Under the pieces are notes generated by a model, which made no database searches, was not told the origin of the DNA, and saw only the letters and a program-made list of their open reading frames with translations. Of a stretch of 34,652 bases of DNA, positions 1-8,005 are shown piece by piece. Positions within the stretch are counted from its first letter, which is position 1; each line of letters starts with the position of its first letter. The stretch lies in IMG/VR virus record IMGVR_UViG_3300028589_000007; one strand, written 5' to 3'. This DNA is from a virus. The position numbers and the translations under genes were made by a program.

Positions 1-127
1 TCGGCCATGGTGTCGGCCAGCACCTGGGCGGTGCGGGTGTAGTTCTCGAAGGCGAACAGCGGATCGGCACTGGTGGTGCGGTTGCCCCAGAAGCGGAAGC
101 CTTCGCGGCGGATTAGGGTGGTCACCT
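1..127. repeat. Terminal direct repeat, identical to 34526..34652 (circular-contig overlap)
   Basis: Read by eye: tcggccatggtgtcggccagcacctgggcgg...gattagggtggtcacct occurs at both window ends, 127 of 127 nt. It lies inside the tail-sheath reading frame. Confidence 0.95.
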
Positions 128-911
128 CGGAGGCGTTGAGCAGGCCGGCGTCGGTGGCTGGATTCTGCAGGTCCCAGAAGATGTCCTTGGACAGGCCCGA
201 CACGCCGTTGACTGGCACGTTGGACAGGGTCTTGTGCCAGCCGACTTGCTCGTCGATCTTGGCGCGCAGGCCCAGGGCGCGAGCGACGGCCGAGGCCGGG
301 GCATTGGTGCTGGTGGCAGTGTCCCAGTTGACGAAGTCCGGCCAGATAAGCATGAGCTCGCGGGAGCCGAAGCCGTCCCGGTAAGCGATGGCCTCGGAGA
401 CGTTCTCGCAGTCCCAGGCGCTGGCGTAGGAGAAAGCACGCATCTGCTCGGCGATGGCCGCCAGCTCGGTGGTGACGGCGAGGTTGTCCAGGCCCGGCAC
501 GCCCAGGATGCGCGGGCGCACGCCGAGTTGCACTTCGGCCGCCAGCAGGGCTTTGAGGCCGGTGTACTGACCCTGGCTGGTGACGCCGCCGATGATCTTT
601 GTGGTTTGGTCCGCTTCCTTGGCGGCGGCATCGGCGCCTTCGCCGTCGGCCACGCGCACAACAACGGTAACTGGGCTGGCCTGGTCGGCAATGGCGTCCA
701 GGCTGCGGGCAAGGGTGCCCAGCTCGCCGGCTTTGCCGGAAGCGGTGAGCACGTCGGTGAGCAGGACCGGGGTGTTGAGCGGAAAGGCAGCCGCGTCAGC
801 GTCGCTGCCGGTGCAGACCATTCCCACCACGGCGGTGGCGATAGTGCGAATGGGGCGGATGCCCTCGTTGATTTCGAGGACGCGAACGCCGTGATGGAAG
901 TCGGTAGCCAT
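1..911 (-). CDS. FI: Contractile tail sheath protein (P2 FI-like), 5' part; continues across the circular junction into 34246..34652
   Basis: ATG at 911 is preceded by AGGAG. Hand translation gives MATDFHHGVRVLEINEGIRPIRTIATAVVGMVCTGSDADAAAFPLNTPVLL, which closely resembles the remembered P2 FI N-terminus. The frame is open to the window edge, so it is absent from the ORF track for lack of a stop. Position 125 equals 34650 and is in frame (911-125=786). The joined length is 396 aa. Confidence 0.9.
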   Translation of the reverse strand, partial: MATDFHHGVRVLEINEGIRPIRTIATAVVGMVCTGSDADAAAFPLNTPVLLTDVLTASGKAGELGTLARSLDAIADQASPVTVVVRVADGEGADAAAKEADQTTKIIGGVTSQGQYTGLKALLAAEVQLGVRPRILGVPGLDNLAVTTELAAIAEQMRAFSYASAWDCENVSEAIAYRDGFGSRELMLIWPDFVNWDTATSTNAPASAVARALGLRAKIDEQVGWHKTLSNVPVNGVSGLSKDIFWDLQNPATDAGLLNASEVTTLIRREGFRFWGNRTTSADPLFAFENYTRTAQVLADTMA

Positions 912-994
912 TGGGCAGCTCCTGGTGGGCGTGATGCCGTTTCAGTGAGCCTTGAGGGTGACGCGCGCGCGCAAGCGGGGCGAGTGGCGGGCGG

Positions 995-1013
995 TGTAGC
1001 GGGGCGCGGTACA
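995..1013. promoter_or_regulatory. Late-promoter activator dyad upstream of the sheath operon (TGTAGCG-GGGCG-CGGTACA)
   Basis: Imperfect copy of the dyad also seen at 5531..5549 and 12310..12328. Its centre is 93 nt upstream of the FI ATG. It resembles the P2 Ogr-dependent TGT-N12-ACA element, though I count 13 nt between TGT and ACA here. Confidence 0.6.
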
Positions 1014-1022
1014 GGGCGGACA

Positions 1023-1047
1023 TAAAAAAGCCCCGCCGAAGCGGGGC
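1023..1047 (-). terminator. Rho-independent terminator after the tail-fibre assembly gene
   Basis: The minus strand reads GCCCCGC-TTCG-GCGGGGC followed by TTTTTTATG. It lies about 20 nt after the stop of 1066..1488. Confidence 0.8.
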
Positions 1048-1065
1048 AAATATCTCCTATTCGAA

Positions 1066-1488
1066 CTACTCGGCCTGCTCGGCTATCCATCCTGGGGAAA
1101 GTGGCCGCAGCCAGCTATCGGGGAAGTTTGCCGACTGAGGCCAATCGCGTAGCGCCTGCATGTAATCCAACAGGCCCGCATATTGCTCGGGCGTGATCGT
1201 GGTCGGCCGTTCCAGCTCGCGCTCGTCCCGATGCCGGTCGCGAATCCATTGCACGCGCTGAATTTCGCCGTCGCGCCATCCCCGCTCTAACATGGCCAGA
1301 TCTTCCGGCGGCGGGTCGATCAGGATCGGCAGCCCGTCCGCATCATGCCCCCGCACCTTGCCAGGCGCAGGATTCGCCAGCACCTCAAGGTAACGATCCT
1401 CGCTGATTTCCTTGGCGTCGCTCGGCATGGTCTTGTGCAGACCTTCAAGGTAGGTCGTTTGCGTGCTCTGACTGTAGAAACGTTTCAA
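1066..1488 (-). CDS. G: Tail fibre assembly/chaperone protein (P2 G-like)
   Basis: 140-aa ORF directly downstream of the tail fibre gene, in the P2 G position. Its size and acidic C-terminal half are typical of Tfa proteins. Confidence 0.75.
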   Translation of the reverse strand: MKRFYSQSTQTTYLEGLHKTMPSDAKEISEDRYLEVLANPAPGKVRGHDADGLPILIDPPPEDLAMLERGWRDGEIQRVQWIRDRHRDERELERPTTITPEQYAGLLDYMQALRDWPQSANFPDSWLRPLSPGWIAEQAE

Positions 1489-1491
1489 GGT

Positions 1492-3039
1492 TTAGACTCC
1501 AATCCCAATGACACGAGCCGGCGCGTTGATCGCGCCCCAGTTGTACAAATTCACCGCAACAGGCGAAACACCACCCGCCACAATGTTGCCTGCACTGGAA
1601 TTGCCAGAGCTGCCCACGGGCGAAGACATCGCCCAAAGGCAGCCTACCGGAAAGCCAATCGGCCAATAAGCCGCCCCTGTCGCACCTGGCGCAATCACCG
1701 CGCTGTCCGTCCACTGGATGACTAGACTGCCCAACCAAGGCGGGAAAACGACATAACCCCGCGCGCTGAAGTTGACCAAAAAACCTAGGCGCATCTTGTA
1801 TGGAGTGACAATCACGTCATCGCCACTGCCCGCATTCACTTGCGCCTGAGTCGCAATTTTAGCGATACCCTTTATGGCCTCAGTCGCCTGAATAACCAGC
1901 GCCGCGATACCCGCCGAAAACTTCTTCGGCGTCACGATTGTGGTGTCATCTACCCCCGAGTTGGTTTGCGCTTGTGTGGCAATTTTCGCCCAGCCAAAAG
2001 CTGCCTCAGTTGCCTGAATGAGCCGAGCGGATATCGCCTGAAAAACCCGCAAAGCGGTCATAGGCCTGGAGTTGTCCTGGGCAGTTTGCGCCTCAGCATC
2101 AGCTTGCGAAGCGACAGAGATCCCATAAGCGGAAAGCGTGGCCGGATTGGTGCCACCGACTACACGCCCATACTTGTCCACGGTGACACTGCGATAGGTC
2201 CCGGCGCTTACGCCCGTCCGCCCTGCGACCATCTCAAACAGCAGATCCGACGTGCCAAGCACAATCGGCGCATCCGACACCAGCTGCCAAATGCTGTCAC
2301 CGTTGACCGTGCCTTGTTCGACGTGAACAAACAGGCCAGGCGTCAATTCGGCGCTAACGTCAGCATCGTCGGTACGTACCCAAGCACCGGCTGCTGCGAT
2401 GTATGGGCCGTTATCTTTTGACGCGGCCTGGTCCTTAACCAACACACGCTTGCCAGCCGTCACCGCGACACCGTCGATTGTCTGCAAACCATTCAGAGCG
2501 ATGGGGCCTGTCGTGGCGACTAGCACCGAGTGCTTGAAATCCTGCTTGTTTAGCTCATCGAGGACCTTTTGATCCACATATGCCCGAGTTGCCAAAACCA
2601 CGCTTGGATCGATCTTGAGGGTGATGCTCTGGGTGCTGCTGACCAGCAGGTTGAGGCGGACCACCTGGGTGCGACCGCTGCCTTGGGCAAGCTGTGGTTT
2701 GAAGGTGGGCGGGCAGTTGGCCACGGCGACCAGGTCGCCGGATTCGTCGTAGAGTCCAATCTCGCGGATCCACCAGCCGCCGACATCCTCGGGTATCACC
2801 TGCTCGGCGATGATGTTGGAGGCGTTGTTGGGGTCGACCTTGAGCTGGTTGAGCGGCGCGCGGCGGCGCTCGTTGAGCAGCGCGGTCTGCAGGCGATCCG
2901 GCATGGGTTCGGCGCCGTTGCCATCTCCCACGCCTAGCTGAGTGATTTTCCAGGCGATGCCGAGGGCCTGGGCATTGGCCAGTCGAGCCTCACCGACGGC
3001 GGTGAGGATGGCCATGAACTGCGAGTTCTGGTCTGCCAT
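1492..3039 (-). CDS. H: Tail fibre protein (P2 H-like N-terminus, divergent receptor-binding C-terminus)
   Basis: 515 aa. The N-terminal ~150 aa (MADQNSQFMAILTAVGEARLANA...WWIREIGLYDESGDLVAVANCP) is of the P2 H / tail-collar type. It carries tandem QATEAxxGxAKIATQAQxNxGxxDxxIVTPxK fibre repeats, and the start overlaps the stop of gene I. Confidence 0.9.
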   Translation of the reverse strand: MADQNSQFMAILTAVGEARLANAQALGIAWKITQLGVGDGNGAEPMPDRLQTALLNERRRAPLNQLKVDPNNASNIIAEQVIPEDVGGWWIREIGLYDESGDLVAVANCPPTFKPQLAQGSGRTQVVRLNLLVSSTQSITLKIDPSVVLATRAYVDQKVLDELNKQDFKHSVLVATTGPIALNGLQTIDGVAVTAGKRVLVKDQAASKDNGPYIAAAGAWVRTDDADVSAELTPGLFVHVEQGTVNGDSIWQLVSDAPIVLGTSDLLFEMVAGRTGVSAGTYRSVTVDKYGRVVGGTNPATLSAYGISVASQADAEAQTAQDNSRPMTALRVFQAISARLIQATEAAFGWAKIATQAQTNSGVDDTTIVTPKKFSAGIAALVIQATEAIKGIAKIATQAQVNAGSGDDVIVTPYKMRLGFLVNFSARGYVVFPPWLGSLVIQWTDSAVIAPGATGAAYWPIGFPVGCLWAMSSPVGSSGNSSAGNIVAGGVSPVAVNLYNWGAINAPARVIGIGV

Positions 3040-3650
3040 TAGTAGATGTCCATGCTGTCGATAACGTGTTCACGCGAGCCCCAGGTCAGCGGGCCGCTGA
3101 CCTCGATGTCACGCGAGGCGGGTGGGTAGATGTCGAGTTCGTCGCCGCTGGTGAGAACGACGCCGATGTTTTCCTTACCGGAGATGTCGAGGCTGATGGC
3201 CAAACCGACCAGGTGGCGGCTCAGTGGCTTGGCGTCGTCGATCAGCCAGGTGAGTTCCAGGTACATCTCGTCGGTGATGCCGGTGTCGAGCACGCCGATC
3301 AGCAGGCGGAAGGTACCGGGCACGCCCAAGGGGAATTCCTCCCACCACTCGCGCACTTCGATCAGGTAGCCCAGCGGCTCGACCACGCGGCGCAGCGCGC
3401 CGATGGTTCCTTTGCGGGAGTGGATGAAGTAGGCAGCCTTGATAGCGTTGCGCTTTGCGCTCTCCGGCCAGGCCTGGGACCAGCGGTCGACCGAGAAGGC
3501 CCAGGCCAGGTAGGGCAGCAGCGCCACGGGGCAGGCGTCCGGGTTCCAGAGGTCGCGCGGCGGCACGGGCACACGCTCGATCTGCGCCAAGGCCTGGGCG
3601 GCGAGGCGCTCCAGTTCGGTGGCGTTGCCCGGCAGCAGGCGCGCGACCAT
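3039..3650 (-). CDS. I: Baseplate protein (P2 I-like)
   Basis: 203-aa ORF between J and H with start/stop overlaps on both sides, in the P2 gpI position and of matching size. Confidence 0.85.
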   Translation of the reverse strand: MVARLLPGNATELERLAAQALAQIERVPVPPRDLWNPDACPVALLPYLAWAFSVDRWSQAWPESAKRNAIKAAYFIHSRKGTIGALRRVVEPLGYLIEVREWWEEFPLGVPGTFRLLIGVLDTGITDEMYLELTWLIDDAKPLSRHLVGLAISLDISGKENIGVVLTSGDELDIYPPASRDIEVSGPLTWGSREHVIDSMDIY

Positions 3651-4561
3651 TACTCAGCCACCGTGACGCTGTAGGCGGTGCAGTAAGGAGCCTGGGTGAG
3701 GCTGGCGACGACGTCAGTCCAGCCGGGCAACTCAACGCGCTTGACGCCCTCAATGTGCAGGGCAGCATCTAGAGCGGAGCGGTTGATCTCCTGACCGAGG
3801 CGTCGGCGAGCGTTGACCAGGGCAGCAAGGCGGGTCTCGGCGGCGGCGCGTACCGGCTCAGATTCGGGGCCGGAGCTGTTCAGGTAAAGCACGGCTTCCA
3901 CAGTGTAGGGCAGCTCCTGGGCACTCTGCACGGTGAGGCGGTCAGCCACTGGGCGGCGGTCCTCGTCGCTGAGGTAGGCGGCGACCGCTGCGAGCAGATC
4001 GGCCGCCGCGGTGCCGTTGCCTATGGCGCTCTGCACAGTGACGACGACCTCGGCCGGCGCCGGGCTGATTGCCGAGGCATCGGCGACGCGGCCGTCCGCG
4101 CTGCGGGCGTGGAATATATAGGCATTGCGTGGGCCGGCGGTGCTGAGGCCTTCCATGGCCATCTGGATGCGCTCGCGCAGGCTCTCGTAATCCTCCAGCA
4201 CAGCCGCCACCGGGGGCACTGCGGCCGGGTCGGCCGGGGTGATGACCAGGCGCGCGACGTTGAAGCGGGCGCCGATCTGCTCCAGGTCCGCGCCCTGGGC
4301 GAAGGGCAGCAGCACGGCAAGGGCGGCCTCGTTGACGCGCTGGCGGAGCAGAGTTTCGCGATAGGCGCTCTCCTGGAGCAGCTTGGTGAGCGGCTCGGAT
4401 TCCAGGGCGAGGGTGGCAGCCACCTCGGCCTGTTGGTCGGCCGGCCAAAGGCTAACGGCGTAGGTCTTACGCTCGGCGAGGATCGCTTCGTAGTCGATTT
4501 GCTCGACCACGACGGGTGCGGGCAGTCTGCTGAGGTCGATAGGGGTAAAGGTGGTGGTCAT
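3650..4561 (-). CDS. J: Baseplate wedge protein (P2 J-like)
   Basis: The internal start MTTTFTPIDLSRLPAPVVVEQIDYEAILAERK (ATG at 4561) forms an ATGA overlap with the W stop. The product is 303 aa versus about 302 aa for P2 J. The Pro/Arg-rich upstream extension of track ORF 3650..5233 overlaps W and V. Confidence 0.88.
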   Translation of the reverse strand: MTTTFTPIDLSRLPAPVVVEQIDYEAILAERKTYAVSLWPADQQAEVAATLALESEPLTKLLQESAYRETLLRQRVNEAALAVLLPFAQGADLEQIGARFNVARLVITPADPAAVPPVAAVLEDYESLRERIQMAMEGLSTAGPRNAYIFHARSADGRVADASAISPAPAEVVVTVQSAIGNGTAAADLLAAVAAYLSDEDRRPVADRLTVQSAQELPYTVEAVLYLNSSGPESEPVRAAAETRLAALVNARRRLGQEINRSALDAALHIEGVKRVELPGWTDVVASLTQAPYCTAYSVTVAE

Positions 4562-4911
4562 GTGGAGGCCCCCAGGCTCAGCGGCACGCGCAGGCTGAGC
4601 GCTTCGTTGGTGTCGGTGACGGTGCCCTCGATGTCCAGCACGGCGCCGCCCGGGACGTCGGTGGGTGTGAGTTGCACGCGGCTGAGGCGGATGCGCGGCT
4701 CCCAGCGCATGAGGGCCATGGCGATGGCGGCATAGGCCTGCAGGCGAGTGGCGCTGTTGAGCGGCCAGTCCATGAGGTCGGCCATCGGGCTGCCGTACTC
4801 TCGGCGCATGACGCGGCTTCCGAGAGGTGTGGTGACGATGTCGGCGATGCACTGTGCCAGGTGCTGGCGGTCGCTGATGGTGCGCCCGGTCTTGGCGCTC
4901 ATGCCGATCAT
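4558..4911 (-). CDS. W: Baseplate protein, GPW/gp25 family (P2 W-like)
   Basis: 117 aa. The sequence MIGMSAKTGRTISDRQHLAQCIADIVTTPLGSRVMRREYGS is typical of the GPW/gp25 family, and the gene sits between V and J. Confidence 0.88.
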   Translation of the reverse strand: MIGMSAKTGRTISDRQHLAQCIADIVTTPLGSRVMRREYGSPMADLMDWPLNSATRLQAYAAIAMALMRWEPRIRLSRVQLTPTDVPGGAVLDIEGTVTDTNEALSLRVPLSLGAST

Positions 4912-5483
4912 GGGGTTGGCCCGTCCGAAACGGCGGTGCCTCTGGTGACGCCCTTGGTTCGGTGGTTGCGCAGGCTGATGTCGGCTGCGATGACGTCCTC
5001 GCTGACGTTGACGGTGCCGGTGACGTGCTGGTTGCCGGTCTGCGTGTAGTCACCGTTGTGGGTGATAGGGCCTTCGATATTGATGCCGCCGGTGCTGACC
5101 AGGTGAGTGACGCCGCCTTCGGGCAGGGTGGCTTGGAGCGCATGCGCGACGAAGTCGTACTCGACAACAGCCCCGTCTGGGTAGGTGCGGCGGTGCAGAC
5201 CCTCGCGGTCGCCGTTGGCCGGGTTGGCGTCACTGAACAGGCCGCCCAGGGCGACGCCCTGGGCGAGCACGCCGGATGGGCTGAGCAAGACGACTTGCTC
5301 GCCGACGGTGGGCGGGTCCCATTCCTTTGAGGTGCCTGCGCGCAGGGCCAGCCAGGGTAACCAGGTGGTGGTGATGTTGCCGGTATTCACGCGCACTCGG
5401 GGCGGCTGGACTTGCACTTCGGCAACGGTGCCAAGGCGGACGAGGTTTTCGATAAGTCGGGCAAGTTCGGCGAGTTGGTTCAT
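4908..5483 (-). CDS. V: Baseplate assembly/spike protein (P2 V-like)
   Basis: The start MNQLAELARLIENLVRLGTVAEV (ATG at 5483) parallels the P2 V N-terminus. The C-terminal HRTKGVTRGTAVSDGP is reminiscent of the P2 V tip. Confidence 0.88.
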   Translation of the reverse strand: MNQLAELARLIENLVRLGTVAEVQVQPPRVRVNTGNITTTWLPWLALRAGTSKEWDPPTVGEQVVLLSPSGVLAQGVALGGLFSDANPANGDREGLHRRTYPDGAVVEYDFVAHALQATLPEGGVTHLVSTGGINIEGPITHNGDYTQTGNQHVTGTVNVSEDVIAADISLRNHRTKGVTRGTAVSDGPTP

Positions 5484-5530
5484 GCCGCTGATGCTGCAGC
5501 GCGCGCGCGCGGGGTGCACTTGGTGCTAGC

Positions 5531-5549
5531 TGTAGCGGGGCGCGCTACA
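5531..5549. promoter_or_regulatory. Late-promoter activator dyad upstream of V (TGTAGCG-GGGCG-CGCTACA)
   Basis: Perfect 7-bp inverted repeat with a 5-bp spacer in the 47-bp gap between the S stop and the V start. Its centre is 57 nt from the V ATG. Confidence 0.6.
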
Positions 5550-5557
5550 GCGCAAGG

Positions 5558-6010
5558 TTAGGCAGTGAGATGGGTCAAGAGGCGGTCGCGGATCATTTCG
5601 AGGTCGTCTTCGGTGAAGCCGAGCAGCTCGCGGCGGTCGTACTGCACGTCATCCTGGCCGCGTGCGGGGCGGTCGCGAAGGCCGTATTGGTGGACGCGGG
5701 CAATGCGGGATACGCGACCAGCGAAGGCGATGGCGATGGTATTGGGGGTGCTCTGCAGGCGCAGATACTTCGCCTGGCGCAAACGGGCGAACATCTGGCG
5801 CTTGATGCGGCCGGCCTTATTGCGCAACTGGCGGGGCTTGCGAGCCGCGTAGGCTGTGCCGTCCGGATTGCGCTGGGATGCGATGCGCTTTTGCTGGTTG
5901 CGACGCAGGTCTCGGCCGATGGTGTTACCGAGTTTGCGCCGCTCGCCCGGGGAGAGCTTGGCGAGCAGCAGACCGGCCCACTCTTCCAGGGCGTGGAGGT
6001 TGTCGGTCAC
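5558..6010 (-). CDS. S: Tail completion / virion morphogenesis protein (P2 S-like)
   Basis: 150-aa basic protein downstream of R with overlapping stop and start, in the P2 gpS position. Confidence 0.8.
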   Translation of the reverse strand: MTDNLHALEEWAGLLLAKLSPGERRKLGNTIGRDLRRNQQKRIASQRNPDGTAYAARKPRQLRNKAGRIKRQMFARLRQAKYLRLQSTPNTIAIAFAGRVSRIARVHQYGLRDRPARGQDDVQYDRRELLGFTEDDLEMIRDRLLTHLTA

Positions 6011-6417
6011 AGCTCGAAGTCCGGCTCTTCGGGGTGGCTGATGTCGAGACTGCCGTCATCCAGGCGCTTGACAATGACTCGCTCGGTGAGTGGCAGCTTG
6101 AGCGACATATCGACCTTGCCGCCGTCCAGGATGTCGGCCTCGAAGGCGATTGCATCCTTGCCGCGCTCAAGGTTAGTGAGCAGCTCCGGCTGCTGGCGGC
6201 GCAGCCACTCCAGCACCGGAATGAATACGCTGTCCGGGTGACCGGCGAAGTCGGTGAGCAGCACCTGCAGGGTGTAGGTGTACTCGAAGGAAAGGCCCTT
6301 AGCTGCCGTGCAGCGGACGCTGCCGGCGTCGATGAATATGAGCAGCCGGTCGGGGTTCTTCTTGAGCCCTGTGACGGCGGTGAGCAGATGCTCGCGGAGG
6401 CTGTTGGGTTTGTTCAT
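6007..6417 (-). CDS. R: Tail completion protein (P2 R-like)
   Basis: MNKPNSLREHLLTAVTGLKKNPDRLLIFIDAGS parallels the P2 R N-terminus (MLKPDSLRRALTDAV, from memory). The ATG at 6417 forms an ATGA overlap with the o-spanin stop. Confidence 0.82.
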   Translation of the reverse strand: MNKPNSLREHLLTAVTGLKKNPDRLLIFIDAGSVRCTAAKGLSFEYTYTLQVLLTDFAGHPDSVFIPVLEWLRRQQPELLTNLERGKDAIAFEADILDGGKVDMSLKLPLTERVIVKRLDDGSLDISHPEEPDFEL

Positions 6418-6677
6418 CGGTTGGCTGCCTTCTGCTGGCACTCGTATACCAGGTCGACCTTGGCGGCGCAGGCTGCCCAGTCGGCCTCGGTGATGTCCTG
6501 GTCGTCGAGCAGCTCGCCGTTGGTGGCCGGATCAGTCGCGCTCAGGGTGCAGCGCGTTACGGCCGGACAGCCAGTCACGATATGCGACTGCTCCGGTGAT
6601 GGCGGGGCGCTGCCGCAGCCTGCGAGCAGCAGCAGGCAGTTGAACAACAGCCCACTCGCGTAGTTCGGCGTTTTCAC
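6414..6677 (-). CDS. Outer-membrane spanin lipoprotein (Rz1 / LysC-like)
   Basis: 87 aa with a signal peptide and LLAGC lipobox, and a Pro-rich mature N-terminus. The start is embedded out of frame in the i-spanin gene, and the ORF extends past that gene's stop (overlapped architecture). Confidence 0.8.
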   Translation of the reverse strand: MKTPNYASGLLFNCLLLLAGCGSAPPSPEQSHIVTGCPAVTRCTLSATDPATNGELLDDQDITEADWAACAAKVDLVYECQQKAANR

Positions 6678-6963
6678 GTTTCAGCTCCTTAATCTGTTGC
6701 TTGCGGACGTCCAGCTCGCGGCGCAGGTCCTGGCCGATCTGTTGCAGCGCGGTCTGGGCCTGACGTTCGTCTGCCAGGGTGGTGCGAAGGGTGGCGATGG
6801 TGGTGGCGTCGCGTTCGACGCGAGCGTTGACGGTGGCCAGCTTCTCTTGGGCCAGGGCGGTGCGCGCCTGCTCGGCCTCGCTGCGCTGGTAGGCGCCCCA
6901 CAGCAGTAAGGTCAGGACGCCGAGCAGTGCGGCGCCGTAGAGGGCTTGGCGCAGCGTAGTCAT
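6532..6963 (-). CDS. Inner-membrane spanin (Rz / LysB-like)
   Basis: 143 aa with an N-terminal TM helix (LYGAALLGVLTLLLWGAY) followed by a charged coiled-coil region. The o-spanin gene overlaps its 3' part. Confidence 0.8.
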   Translation of the reverse strand: MTTLRQALYGAALLGVLTLLLWGAYQRSEAEQARTALAQEKLATVNARVERDATTIATLRTTLADERQAQTALQQIGQDLRRELDVRKQQIKELKRENAELREWAVVQLPAAARRLRQRPAITGAVAYRDWLSGRNALHPERD

Positions 6964-7166
6964 TTGCGGTACCAGCCGGCGGCGTTCATCTCGGCCTCAT
7001 CCAGGGCGTGGACGTCACCCAGGACAATCAGCCAGCGGGTGCCAAGTTTGGTTTGGCCGAGGGCCGCTGCAAACTCGTGGACCTGCTCATGTGGGGTGTC
7101 GCCGGGTAAGCAAATGACGTCGCCGTCGCGCAGTTCCAAGCGGCGGGCGTGCTCGATCAGGCTCAT
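6960..7166 (-). CDS. Hypothetical 68-aa protein inside the lysis cassette
   Basis: The internal ATG at 7166 forms an ATGA overlap with the endolysin stop. The sequence MSLIEHARRLELRDGDVICLPGD has no TM segment and no family I recognise. Confidence 0.5.
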   Translation of the reverse strand: MSLIEHARRLELRDGDVICLPGDTPHEQVHEFAAALGQTKLGTRWLIVLGDVHALDEAEMNAAGWYRK

Positions 7167-8005
7167 GCCGCCTCCTTGCCGCAGCCGCAGCCGGCGTGCA
7201 ACTCGTAGGCACGTTCGAGCTTCACGTCGTAGAAATTCCGGGCGTAGGCAGGGCCGTTGTAGGCCTTGGCGAAGGTTGCCCACTTCTTGCCCTTGAGGGC
7301 CTTGAGCAGGGACGGGTCGGCTTCGATGAAGCGGACGAACGCCTCGAACTGCTGATTTTCATCCTGGCCCATGAGACTGACGAACTCGTCGACGCTGGCG
7401 TAGCCCAGGCGCTCGGCGTGGTAGCCCATGATCTGGAAGGCGCCCCAACTGGCCGACTCGTTGGCGCAGAGCGCGTCGATCATGCGGGCCTGGGCCAGGC
7501 GCTGGTGTTCTGCGGCGCCGCCGATGTAGCCGCCGGGCTTGGTGTTGACCAGGGCGGGAAACTGGGCGGCGAGCTCGTCGGCGTGGCGGCGTAGGGCGCC
7601 CTGATCGTCATCTTCGGCGCGCGGCAGGGCCAGGCGCTGGTGCATGACGTGGCGCTCGAAGAGAATCTTCGGCTTGCCGGTGGCCAGGAAGCCGGAGCCG
7701 GCGCTCTCCACCTCGTTGACGGCGTAGATGGCGGCCAGCTCGACGCCCAGGCGCTTAGCCGCTGCCGCGAGGGTGGCATTGCGTAGCAGCTTGCTGCAGT
7801 CGGCGCCGGCCAGCGCGCTGAGGGTCTTTTCGCCTACCTTGCCGTCGACCACCAGGCCGATCTTGGCTTGATACGCGCGGACGGCCTTTTCGGTTTCGTC
7901 GCCGTAGTCGCCATCGGTGGCAAGCTGGGCGCCGTGCGCGTTGAGTTGTTGCTGTAAGCGGCGGACAGCGAGGCCTTTGTCGCCGTGCTTGAGGACTTCG
8001 GTCAT
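7163..8005 (-). CDS. Endolysin: N-terminal peptidoglycan-binding domain plus N-acetylmuramidase-type (DUF3380-like) catalytic domain
   Basis: 280 aa. The PG_binding_1-like repeat is GDKGLAVRRLQQQLNAHGAQLATDGDYGDETEKAVRAYQAKIGLVVDGKVGEKT. The C-terminal domain carries AIYAVNEVESAGSGF and a WGAFQIMG motif. The gene is adjacent to the holin. Confidence 0.85.
   Translation of the reverse strand: MTEVLKHGDKGLAVRRLQQQLNAHGAQLATDGDYGDETEKAVRAYQAKIGLVVDGKVGEKTLSALAGADCSKLLRNATLAAAAKRLGVELAAIYAVNEVESAGSGFLATGKPKILFERHVMHQRLALPRAEDDDQGALRRHADELAAQFPALVNTKPGGYIGGAAEHQRLAQARMIDALCANESASWGAFQIMGYHAERLGYASVDEFVSLMGQDENQQFEAFVRFIEADPSLLKALKGKKWATFAKAYNGPAYARNFYDVKLERAYELHAGCGCGKEAA

Noticed and set aside
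1-127. The 127-bp terminal repeat as a biological direct terminal repeat, LTR or att duplication
   Set aside because: It lies within and in frame with the sheath coding sequence, and the phage has separate cos and attP candidates elsewhere. A length of exactly 127 nt is typical of a k-mer overlap on a circular assembly.
911-1066. Z/fun-type defence cargo slot between G and FI
   Set aside because: Only about 150 bp lies here, fully accounted for by a terminator and the FI late-promoter dyad. No ORF is present.
122-1090. Long track ORFs 122..1090 (-) and 234..1025 (+), among others, overlapping the start of the window
   Set aside because: Their Pro/Ala/Arg/Gly-rich, low-complexity translations are typical of off-frame or antisense reading of high-GC coding DNA. 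The real gene here is the sheath ORF in another minus frame, whose N-terminus matches P2 FI.
4562-5233. N-terminal 224-aa extension of track ORF 3650..5233
   Set aside because: The extension is Pro/Arg/Thr-rich and overlaps the W and V genes out of frame. The internal ATG at 4561 gives a P2 J-sized product with an ATGA coupling to W.
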